From the NCBI GenBank assembly GCA_963794325.1, contig CAWCDG010000004.1, positions 1,824,001-1,888,000 of the forward strand: a DNA stretch of 64,000 bases. The letters are read 5' to 3'. The position numbers and the translations under genes are program-made. Under the pieces are notes generated by a model. That model was not told the DNA's origin, ran no database searches, and saw only the letters and a list, made by a program, of their open reading frames with translations. Shown in pieces: positions 47,642 through 55,969 of the stretch (position 1 is the stretch's first letter; each line of letters starts with the position of its first letter). The stretch comes from an uncultured delta proteobacterium. Its GTDB lineage: Bacteria > Desulfobacterota > Binatia > Binatales > Binataceae.

Positions 47642-47705
47642 GAACGCTGATGCCAGGTAAAAGGCTGATGCTGTTCCGTCTGTCTATTACAGTCGGTTTG
47701 CGACG

Positions 47706-47797
47706 TTGACACTAGCTCTGTCTGATGAAACAGTGTCTGGCCTAATTAACTGACGATATTTGCCAACGCGGCTATCATGCGCTGCGGGGAGGGGTCC
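47706..47797 (+). promoter_or_regulatory. Promoter and hairpin leader of array gene 2
   Basis: TTGACA-N17-AACAGT; TTTGCCAA-CGCGGC-TATCATGC-GCTGCG-GGGAGGGG. Confidence 0.6.
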
Positions 47798-49474
47798 ATG
47801 GCAATTTCGGTTCGGCGCTTTATGGTCGCGGCAGTTGTATTGCCGCTTTTTCTGCTGATGATATCGGGGCGGGCGCGCGCCGATCTTATCTTCGTCACTA
47901 CGCTCGATGGCAACAGCGATCCAGGGGCCTGCACGCTGCCCGATGCAATCGGATCGGCCAACACCGGCATACCCGAAGGCGGCTGCGTTATTTTACCGGT
48001 ATCCGGAGCTGATCAGATAGTCATCGGTCTAACCGGCACGATTTTCGTTGCCGCTGGCCGGCTTCCGCTGACCATTTCCGACACGGCTCTGGAGATCACC
48101 ACTTACGCCGACGGTCCGGTTGTGATCGACGCCGGTCTCAATGAGGTGGTGCCATCCGGGGGGATAATGTCGGTCACCTCACTCAACAAGTTTCTCAAGC
48201 TCACCAATCTGACGTTCGCGCACGGAAACTCCGAATTCGGCGGCGCCTTATACTCAGATACTGGCGGAGATGTGGATATCAAAGACTGCCTGTTTGTGAA
48301 CAATCAAACTACCCCTCAGAATAGTGTCTTAAGCGCGGGTGGGGCAATCTACGCGCATGCTGGCAGGATGGAGATCACCAACAGCACCTTTTACGAGAAT
48401 GACGCGCTGAAATACACCGCCACCATCGGTGGCGCTATCTTTGTCGACACTGCAGCGACGCTGAAGCTCACCAACTCGACCTTCGAGCATAACTACGCAC
48501 AAACCGGTAGTGCCATATACAATCAGGGAACCGCCGATGTTAAAGGTAACATCTTCGCCGACCACCTCGAGAAGGCGGGCACTGGCGTAGTGTCGCCTCT
48601 CGGCAACTGCGCCGGACTCACTGCCACGCCGGTGACCGACGAAAATTACAACGTCTCGGTCGACAATAGCTGCGGCTTTACCGCCGCTTCGAGCGTGAGC
48701 AACCAAACTGCTGCTCAGGTTGATCTGGATCCCGCAGGACTGGCGAACAATGGCGGGCCGTCGTTTACCGTCGCGATTCAACCCGGCAGTGTCGCGCTCG
48801 CCCGTATTCCGGTCGCGGATTGCACCGAACAGGATTCACACATGACTCCGCTGGGAACCGACCAGCGGCTCTTTGCCCGGCCCGATCCCCTCAACCTCTC
48901 CGCCTGCGACAGCGGCGCGTTCGAGTTTGGAGCGCTAGGGCCTTACACGCTGAATAGTCACCGGGTGCAGATAGCGCGAAACTCGAATATTGCAAATAGC
49001 GATATGGTCAACATCGGGATGACTTTCACGGCGAACGGCGATCCCGACTGCGACCTGGGAGTCGGTGGTGACGAAGACGCGCTGAATTATGGCGTCGGCA
49101 TCGGGCTCTTTCAGGGTACCTGCGCCTCGCTTCCATACGACGGACTGTTCCTGGTGCTGAGTCCTTTCGTGGTGCATACGGTTAATATGGAGCAATACGG
49201 AACTCTGTATCAGACGTTTGGACCGGTGACAGTCTCGGCCAGGATGGTAGCGTTCCCGCCGCAGATGGGGGTATGCGGCGAATGGACGCTGAACCTCGAA
49301 GTCGGTGGCCTCAATACCAAAAGCAGCAGCGTAAATCTTGGAGGCAGCAATCCGTTTGCGTTGCTAATCAGCGACCAGTACGACGTCGAGAGTTGCTTCG
49401 ACATCACCAATGCAATCGTCGGCAATCAGATCCCGACGCCGGGCCATGGCGTGAGGCGCGGGGTGCGGCGCTAG
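47798..49474 (+). CDS. Secreted beta-helix protein, paralog 2
   Basis: Same architecture; ends GNQIPTPGHGVRRGVRR. Confidence 0.88.
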   Translation: MAISVRRFMVAAVVLPLFLLMISGRARADLIFVTTLDGNSDPGACTLPDAIGSANTGIPEGGCVILPVSGADQIVIGLTGTIFVAAGRLPLTISDTALEITTYADGPVVIDAGLNEVVPSGGIMSVTSLNKFLKLTNLTFAHGNSEFGGALYSDTGGDVDIKDCLFVNNQTTPQNSVLSAGGAIYAHAGRMEITNSTFYENDALKYTATIGGAIFVDTAATLKLTNSTFEHNYAQTGSAIYNQGTADVKGNIFADHLEKAGTGVVSPLGNCAGLTATPVTDENYNVSVDNSCGFTAASSVSNQTAAQVDLDPAGLANNGGPSFTVAIQPGSVALARIPVADCTEQDSHMTPLGTDQRLFARPDPLNLSACDSGAFEFGALGPYTLNSHRVQIARNSNIANSDMVNIGMTFTANGDPDCDLGVGGDEDALNYGVGIGLFQGTCASLPYDGLFLVLSPFVVHTVNMEQYGTLYQTFGPVTVSARMVAFPPQMGVCGEWTLNLEVGGLNTKSSSVNLGGSNPFALLISDQYDVESCFDITNAIVGNQIPTPGHGVRRGVRR

Positions 49475-49505
49475 GAACGGCCTGAGTTCAGAACTGGTTC
49501 GATTT

Positions 49506-49546
49506 GCGGGCGAGATGCCAATAACGTCTCGCCCGCTCTATTTTTT
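49506..49546 (+). terminator. Intrinsic terminator after paralog 2
   Basis: GCGGGCGAGATG..CGTCTCGCCCGC followed by TCTATTTTTT; repeated after paralogs 3 and 4. Confidence 0.75.
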
Positions 49547-49578
49547 ACCTGGATGGTTGTTCCTTCTACTTTAAAGAA

Positions 49579-49681
49579 TTGACAGTGGGTCGCCGTAGTG
49601 GGAGACTGCGCGAGACACGCATCTAGCAATCTACTGACGATATTTGCCAACGCGGCCATCATGCGCCGCGGGGAGGGGTCC
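49579..49681 (+). promoter_or_regulatory. Promoter and hairpin leader of array gene 3
   Basis: TTGACA-N17-GAGACT; TTTGCCAA-CGCGGC-CATCATGC-GCCGCG-GGGAGGGG. Confidence 0.6.
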
Positions 49682-51364
49682 ATGGCAATTTCGGATCGGC
49701 GCTTTATGGTTGCGGCACTTGTACTGCCGCTTTTTCTCCTCGTGATATCAGGGCGCGCGCGCGCCGATCTTATCTTCGTCGATACGCTCGATGGCAACAG
49801 CGATCCAGGGGCCTGCACGCTGCCCGATGCAATCGGATCGGCCAACAGCGCCATACCGGAAGGTGGCTGTTTCATTATCCCGGCACCCGGAGCTGATCAG
49901 ATACTAATCGGCCTGACCGGCACGATCTCCGTGGACGCTGCCCGGCTTCCGCTGATTATTTCCGACGAGGCTCTGGAGATCACCACTTACGGCGATGGTC
50001 CGGTTGTGATCAACGGCGCTGCCAAGGCGGGGGTCGACGGCGGGACGATGGTTGTTGAGCCGGACAACAAGTTTCTCAAGCTCACCCTGCTGACCTTCGC
50101 GAACGGGTTCGCCGAATACGGCGGCGCCATATTCTCACAGTCCGGCGGAGATGTGGATATTAAGGAATGCCTCTTCGAGAACAACACTGCGGAGTATTCC
50201 AGCGGTGGCGAGGGTGGGGCAGTCTTCGAGCAAGCCGGCAGGATGGAGATCACCAACAGCACCTTTTTTGGGAATGACGCCCTGAAATACTCCGGCACCG
50301 AGGGTGGCGCGGTCTATGTCAACCCATCCACGACCCTGAAGCTCACTAATTCCACTTTCGAGCATAACTACGCCAAATCGGGTAGTGCCGTGTTCAATAA
50401 CGACGGAACTGTCGACGCTAAGGGCAACATCTTCGCGGACCACCTTGAGGGTGCGGGTACCGGTATAGTGTCGCCGCTCGGCAACTGTGCCGGAACTGCT
50501 TCACCACCTGTTACCGACGAGAACTACAACGTCTCAGTCGACAATAGCTGCGGCTTCACCGCCGCTTCGAGCAAGAGCAACCAAACTGCTGCTGAGGTTG
50601 ATCTGGATCCCGCAGGATTGGCGAACAATGGCGGGCCGTCGTTTACCGTCGCGCTTCACGACACCAGCAGCGTCGCGTACGGCCTGATTCCGGTCGCTAG
50701 CTGCACCGAACAGGATTCACACATGACTCCGCTGGGAACCGACCAGCGGCTCTTTGCCCGGCCCGATGCCGGTGATCCTGATTTCTGCGACAGCGGCGCA
50801 TACGAGCTTGGAGCGCTAGGAGCCTACACGCTGGAAAGTCACAGGGTGCAGATAGCGCGAAACCCGGCTACCGGAAATAGCGATAAGGTCAACATAGGGA
50901 TGACCTTCGTCGCGAACGGCGACCCCGACTGCGACCTGGGTATGTATGGTGATGAAGACGCGCTGAACTATGGCGTCGGTATCGGGCTCTTTCAGGGCAC
51001 CTGCGCCTCGCTTCCGTATAACGGACTGTTCCTGGTCCTGAGTCCTTTCGTAGTGCATACGGTTAATAAGGAGCAATACGGAACTCTGTTCCAAACCAAT
51101 GGAACGGTGACGGTCTCTGCCAGGATGGTCTCGCTGTTCGCGTCGCCGCCACCTCCGGGAATATGCGGCGCATGGACGCTGAACCTCGAGGTTGCCGGAC
51201 TCAATACCAATAGCGCCAGCGTAAATCTGCCGGGCACCAATCCGTTTGCGCTGCTAATCAGCGACGGCTCCGACGCCGAGAGTTGCTTCGACATCACCAA
51301 TGCAATCGTCGGCAATCAGATACCCACGCCGGGCCATGGCGTGAGGCGCGTCCGGCGGCGCTAG
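49682..51364 (+). CDS. Secreted beta-helix protein, paralog 3
   Basis: Same architecture; ends GNQIPTPGHGVRRVRRR. Confidence 0.88.
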   Translation: MAISDRRFMVAALVLPLFLLVISGRARADLIFVDTLDGNSDPGACTLPDAIGSANSAIPEGGCFIIPAPGADQILIGLTGTISVDAARLPLIISDEALEITTYGDGPVVINGAAKAGVDGGTMVVEPDNKFLKLTLLTFANGFAEYGGAIFSQSGGDVDIKECLFENNTAEYSSGGEGGAVFEQAGRMEITNSTFFGNDALKYSGTEGGAVYVNPSTTLKLTNSTFEHNYAKSGSAVFNNDGTVDAKGNIFADHLEGAGTGIVSPLGNCAGTASPPVTDENYNVSVDNSCGFTAASSKSNQTAAEVDLDPAGLANNGGPSFTVALHDTSSVAYGLIPVASCTEQDSHMTPLGTDQRLFARPDAGDPDFCDSGAYELGALGAYTLESHRVQIARNPATGNSDKVNIGMTFVANGDPDCDLGMYGDEDALNYGVGIGLFQGTCASLPYNGLFLVLSPFVVHTVNKEQYGTLFQTNGTVTVSARMVSLFASPPPPGICGAWTLNLEVAGLNTNSASVNLPGTNPFALLISDGSDAESCFDITNAIVGNQIPTPGHGVRRVRRR

Positions 51365-51394
51365 GAACGGCCTGAGCTCATAACTGGCTCAATT

Positions 51395-51433
51395 GCGGGC
51401 GAGATGCCTATGGCGTCTCGCCCGCTCCATTTT
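51395..51433 (+). terminator. Intrinsic terminator after paralog 3
   Basis: GCGGGCGAGATGCC-TAT-GGCGTCTCGCCCGC followed by TCCATTTT. Confidence 0.72.
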
Positions 51434-51446
51434 CTACCTTAAAGAA

Positions 51447-51546
51447 TTGACAGTGGGTCGCCGTAGTGGGAGACTGCGCGCAACACGCTTCTACCAATTT
51501 ACTGATAATTTGCCAACGCGGCTGTACGCGCCGCGGGGAGGGGTCC
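51447..51546 (+). promoter_or_regulatory. Promoter and hairpin leader of array gene 4
   Basis: TTGACA-N17-GAGACT, identical to gene 3; TTTGCCAA-CGCGGC-TGTACGC-GCCGCG-GGGAGGGG. Confidence 0.6.
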
Positions 51547-53292
51547 ATGGCAGATCGGAATCGGCGGTATACGGTTGCGGCAATTGCGCTGCCGTTTTTT
51601 TTAATGGTGATGTCGGGACTGGCGCGCGCCAATCTTATCTTTGTCACTTCTCTCGATGGCGACACCGATGCAGGCGCATGCACCCTGCCCGATGCAATCG
51701 GATCGGCCAACACCGGGACCCCTGAGGGCGGCTGTTTTATTTTATTGGCACCCGGAGCTGATCAGATAGTCGTCGCCCTTACCGGTACGATCTTCGTGAA
51801 CGCTGCCCGGCTTCCGCTGACTATTTCCGACGAGGTTCTGGAGATCAGCACCTTCGGCGACGGCCCGGTTGTGATCGACGGCGGCTCACATGGCATTCCA
51901 CAGGGTGGGATAATGTATGTCTCATCGCTGAACAAGTTTCTCAAGCTGAGCAACCTGACGTTCGCGCACGGCCTCGCCGAACAGGGCGGCGCCATATTCT
52001 CAGAAACTGGCGGAGATGTGGATATTAAGGACGACCTTTTCGTGGACAATACCGCGGAGGTTACTCCCGCGCTCTGCGTTATCCCGATCTTAGGTGGCGA
52101 GGGTGGGGCGATTTTCGCCGCTGCTGGCAGGATGGAGGTCACCAACAGCACCTTTTACGAGAATGATGCGCTGCAATACAACGAAACTTACGGTGGCGCC
52201 ATCTACGTCGCGGGCGAACCGTTCTGCTCCCCGGCCGGGGATGCCGCGTGTGTCGGTGTCATCGATGGCATCTTGGGTGCGAGCTTGAAGCTCACCAACG
52301 CCACCTTCGAGCATAACTACGCAAAATTCGGCAGCGCCATCTACAATGCGGGCACCGCCGACGTTAAAGGCACAATCTTCGCGGACCACCTTGATAAGGC
52401 AGGCACTGGTGTTGTGTCGCCGGTCGGCAACTGCGCCGGGCTCAATTCACCGCCGGTGACCGACGAGAACTACAACGTCTCAGTCGATAACAGCTGCGCC
52501 TTTACCGCCGCTTCGAGCAAGAACAACCAAACTGCTGCTCAGGTTGATCTCGATCCCCTGGGATTGCAGAACAATGGCGGGCCGTCATTTACCGTCGCGC
52601 TTCACGACACCAGCAGCGTCGCGTACGGTCTGATTCCGGTCGCAGATTGCACCGAACAGGATTCACACATGACTCCGCTGGGAACCGACCAGCGGCTCTT
52701 TGGGCGTCCCGATTCCGGTGATCCCGATGCCTGCGACAGCGGCGCATACGAGCTTGGGGCGTTAGGGGCTTACACGCTAAATAGTGACAGGGTGCAGGTA
52801 GCGCGAAAGCCGACTGCCGCAAATAGCGACATGGTCAACATCGGGATGACCTTCACCGCGAACGGCGACCCGGATTGCGACCTCGACGAAGACGCGCTGA
52901 ATTCTGGCGTCAATATCGAGCTCTTCCAGGGCACCTGCGCCTCGCTTCCGCTTAACGGACTGTTGGTGGAACTGAATCCTTTCGTCGTGCATACGGTTAA
53001 TAAGGAGCAATACGGAACTTTCTACCAAACGTATGGACCGGTGACAGTCTCGGCCAGGATGGTAGCGTTTCCGCCACAGATGGGGGTATGCGGCGAATGG
53101 ACGCTGAACCTCGAAGTCGGTGGCCTTAATACCAAGAGCCCGAACGTAAATCTGCCGGGCACCAATCCGTTTGCGCTGATAATCTTCGACTCGGCCGACG
53201 ATGGCCAGAGCTGCTTTGACATCAACAATGCGATCGTCGGCAATCAGATCCCGATACCGGGCCATGGCGTAAGGCGCGGGGTGCGACGATAG
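51547..53292 (+). CDS. Secreted beta-helix protein, paralog 4
   Basis: Same architecture with extra Cys-containing loops; ends GNQIPIPGHGVRRGVRR. Confidence 0.88.
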   Translation: MADRNRRYTVAAIALPFFLMVMSGLARANLIFVTSLDGDTDAGACTLPDAIGSANTGTPEGGCFILLAPGADQIVVALTGTIFVNAARLPLTISDEVLEISTFGDGPVVIDGGSHGIPQGGIMYVSSLNKFLKLSNLTFAHGLAEQGGAIFSETGGDVDIKDDLFVDNTAEVTPALCVIPILGGEGGAIFAAAGRMEVTNSTFYENDALQYNETYGGAIYVAGEPFCSPAGDAACVGVIDGILGASLKLTNATFEHNYAKFGSAIYNAGTADVKGTIFADHLDKAGTGVVSPVGNCAGLNSPPVTDENYNVSVDNSCAFTAASSKNNQTAAQVDLDPLGLQNNGGPSFTVALHDTSSVAYGLIPVADCTEQDSHMTPLGTDQRLFGRPDSGDPDACDSGAYELGALGAYTLNSDRVQVARKPTAANSDMVNIGMTFTANGDPDCDLDEDALNSGVNIELFQGTCASLPLNGLLVELNPFVVHTVNKEQYGTFYQTYGPVTVSARMVAFPPQMGVCGEWTLNLEVGGLNTKSPNVNLPGTNPFALIIFDSADDGQSCFDINNAIVGNQIPIPGHGVRRGVRR

Positions 53293-53322
53293 GAACGGCC
53301 TGAGTTCATAACTGGCTCGACT

Positions 53323-53361
53323 GCGGGCGGGACGCCAATAACGTCTCGCCCGCGCTATTTT
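53323..53361 (+). terminator. Intrinsic terminator after paralog 4
   Basis: GCGGGCGGGACG..CGTCTCGCCCGC followed by GCTATTTT. Confidence 0.7.
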
Positions 53362-53383
53362 GAGACGCGGCGGTTGTGGCGAT

Positions 53384-54229
53384 CTACTGGGGGCGCGACG
53401 CGACCAGATCTTCGAGGGTTACTTCGACGACGCCGCCGTCTTCTTCGCGCTGAATCAGGACGGTCTGCTTGAGGATATTCTGGCGGACCACCTTGCCGTC
53501 GCCCTTAACGCATTGCACGCGCTTGCCGAGGTTCGGTAGTGCTCGCTTGAGTTCGACGTAAGTGGCGTACTCGTAGCGCAGGCAGCACTTCAGGCGCCCG
53601 CACATCCCGGCCAGCCGCGACGGATTGAGCGCGAGGCCTTGCTCACGCGCCATCTTGACCGTGACCGCCTCGAAGTCGCGCAGCCAGCTCGAGCAGCATA
53701 GCTCGCGTCCGCACGGACCCAGCCCGCCAGTGACCTTGGTCTCATCGCGCGCGCCAATCTGTTTCATCTCGACCCGCACGCGCAGCGTGTTGGCGAGATC
53801 GCGCACCAGGTCGCGGAAATCGACGCGCCCCTCGGCGACGAAATAAAAGGTGACCTTGCGCCCGTCAAATGTGTAGTCGGCGTTAACCAGCTTCATCTGG
53901 ATGCGCCGCTCGCGGATCCGCTCGATACACATGCGGCGCGCGTTCGCCTCCCGCGTGAGGTTTTCCTTTTCGAGGTAAAAGTCGTTGTCGCTCGCGATCC
54001 GGATGATCGGACGCAACTGCGAAAGATCGATCGTCTGCGCGGGTTCATGCGGCTCGATCTCGACGGTGCCGACGCGCGCGCCCGCCTCGCTCTCGACCAG
54101 GACGCGCTCACCGCGCCGCAGCGGCCGGTCGCCGGCCAGAAAATTATACAGATGACCAGTCTGCTGCAGACTGACCGCAATAATCTTCGGCAGCGACGGC
54201 GCGCCTTCAAATGGATCGATATCTGACAC
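53384..54229 (-). CDS. ricT: PSP1-domain protein (RicT/YaaT family)
   Basis: RVDFRDLVRDLA, QIGARDE, GPCGRELCC, GMCGRLKCCLRYE. Confidence 0.92.
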   Translation of the reverse strand: MSDIDPFEGAPSLPKIIAVSLQQTGHLYNFLAGDRPLRRGERVLVESEAGARVGTVEIEPHEPAQTIDLSQLRPIIRIASDNDFYLEKENLTREANARRMCIERIRERRIQMKLVNADYTFDGRKVTFYFVAEGRVDFRDLVRDLANTLRVRVEMKQIGARDETKVTGGLGPCGRELCCSSWLRDFEAVTVKMAREQGLALNPSRLAGMCGRLKCCLRYEYATYVELKRALPNLGKRVQCVKGDGKVVRQNILKQTVLIQREEDGGVVEVTLEDLVASRPQ

Positions 54230-54235
54230 TATCTA

Positions 54236-55315
54236 TTACTCACCCCGCATCGCATGCCCGGCGATGCTCCACCAATTCTCCGCCTGCATGCGCGGATTGG
54301 CGTTATCCCCAACCGCCGCGCTGGCGCGCACCGCAGCGTCGATACATTTCGCGATCGCATCTACACTAAGACTATCCGCCAGGCTCACCAAGCGCGACTG
54401 CGCCTCGGGCGGGAACGCGACGAAGTCCGTCTTCAGCAGCTTGTAGCATAGTATTTCTTCGAGCAGCCTGGCGAGCAGCTCGAAGTTGCCGGCAGCCGCG
54501 TCGCGATTGGCAAAAAACTCCTGCGCGATCGATTGCGCGCGCGCAAAGTCGATCGATTTGCCATGGCTAAGAGCGTCGATCAGCTCTTTCATCGGCGGCT
54601 CGTCGCCGTCTGACAGCGCGATCGCATTTGCAGCGCTGCCTCGCGCCAGCAACGCAAGCGCACTCGCGCGGGCTTTGTCGATGACGCCATGGGTGGCGAG
54701 TATCTGTTCGATCTCAGCGACCTGCAGCGCTGGAAATCGCACCGTCCGCGTCCGCGATCGAACCGTGTCGAGCAGCGCCCGCTCGCTGGCCGACACCATG
54801 ATGATGATCGCGTGGCCGGGCGGCTCCTCGAGCGTCTTCAGCAGCGCGTTCTGCGCGGGTTCACCGAGCACCTCGGCATCGTCGATGATTGCCATGCGAA
54901 CCGACGATCGCGACGGCCGGATTCCGAGTCGCGCAATCAGATCGCGGACCTGATCAATCAAAACTTCAGAACGGCCAACCGGCTTCGACACGTATGTGAA
55001 ATCCGGATGCACGCCCGTCGCAATTTGCACGCATGCCGAACAGCAATCGCAATGCGGCGCGTCGGCGTCGCCGGCGCGCGCACGAGTGCGCTCAGTCTGC
55101 GGCGCAAGGCGTACGGGGCATCGCGCTGTCGTGCAGCAAAAATTCTCGCCGGGCGATCGCTCGCACATCATCGCGTGTACCAGGCTGGTCGCGACGATCG
55201 CCTTGCCGACGCCGCGCGGCCCCGAGAAGAGATAGGCATGCGATGGACGCGCGCGAATCTCGGCGAGCAACCGCGCTGCGATTTCGCGATGGCCAAGGAT
55301 CGAACTTATCGGCAT
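54236..55315 (-). CDS. holB: DNA polymerase III subunit delta'
   Basis: HAYLFSGPRGVGK, HPDF, QNALLKTLEEPP, TVRSR; located between tmk and ricT. Confidence 0.92.
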   Translation of the reverse strand: MPISSILGHREIAARLLAEIRARPSHAYLFSGPRGVGKAIVATSLVHAMMCERSPGENFCCTTARCPVRLAPQTERTRARAGDADAPHCDCCSACVQIATGVHPDFTYVSKPVGRSEVLIDQVRDLIARLGIRPSRSSVRMAIIDDAEVLGEPAQNALLKTLEEPPGHAIIIMVSASERALLDTVRSRTRTVRFPALQVAEIEQILATHGVIDKARASALALLARGSAANAIALSDGDEPPMKELIDALSHGKSIDFARAQSIAQEFFANRDAAAGNFELLARLLEEILCYKLLKTDFVAFPPEAQSRLVSLADSLSVDAIAKCIDAAVRASAAVGDNANPRMQAENWWSIAGHAMRGE

Positions 55316-55325
55316 GGCGATTCAA

Positions 55326-55967
55326 TCATCGGCGAGCGAGCATCTCGCCGACTGCCCGGCGAATGTCGGCGGTGACGGCGGCCACCGGTCGGTCGGCGTC
55401 GATCACGACGACGCGCGCCGGTTCGGCTTTCGCGATCGCCAGAAAACCGTCCCGCACCTTGCGATGGAACTCCGCGCGCTCGCCCTCGAAGCGATCGGAT
55501 CCGCGGCCGGTACCTTTCGCACGCGCGCGAGTGCGCTCTAGTCCCGTCTCGACTTTCAGATCCAGCACGATCGTGAGATCAGGCGTTACGTTATCGGTCG
55601 CGAGCCGGTTCAACTCGCCGAGCACTTTGAGATCGACGCCGCGTGCGTAACCCTGGTAGGCCGTAGTCGAGTCGGAATAGCGATCGGAAATCACGATCTC
55701 GCCGGATGCCAACGCGGGCCGCAGTTTCTCGCGCACATGCTGCGCGCGATCGGCAAGCACCAGCAGCAGTTCCGCGGCGACGTCCAGTGAAACCGCAGGA
55801 TCGAGAAAAATCGCGCGGATCGTTTCGCCGGCGCGGGTCCCGCCCGGCTCGTGCGTGACCGTTACTACGTGACCATCTTTGCGTAGCGCGTCGCCGAGAA
55901 TCGCGGCCTGCGTCGTCTTGCCACTTCCTTCGACGCCTTCGAGCGTGATGAATACACCGGCCGGCAT
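55326..55967 (-). CDS. tmk: Thymidylate kinase
   Basis: EGVEGSGKTTQ, EPGGT, SDRYSDSTTAYQG. Confidence 0.97.
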   Translation of the reverse strand: MPAGVFITLEGVEGSGKTTQAAILGDALRKDGHVVTVTHEPGGTRAGETIRAIFLDPAVSLDVAAELLLVLADRAQHVREKLRPALASGEIVISDRYSDSTTAYQGYARGVDLKVLGELNRLATDNVTPDLTIVLDLKVETGLERTRARAKGTGRGSDRFEGERAEFHRKVRDGFLAIAKAEPARVVVIDADRPVAAVTADIRRAVGEMLARR

Positions 55968-55969
55968 TG

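Noticed and set aside
45938-53292. Diversity-generating retroelement or invertase shufflon explaining the paralog variation
   Set aside because: No reverse transcriptase or recombinase in the window, differences are not adenine-specific, and all copies are full-length genes in one orientation.
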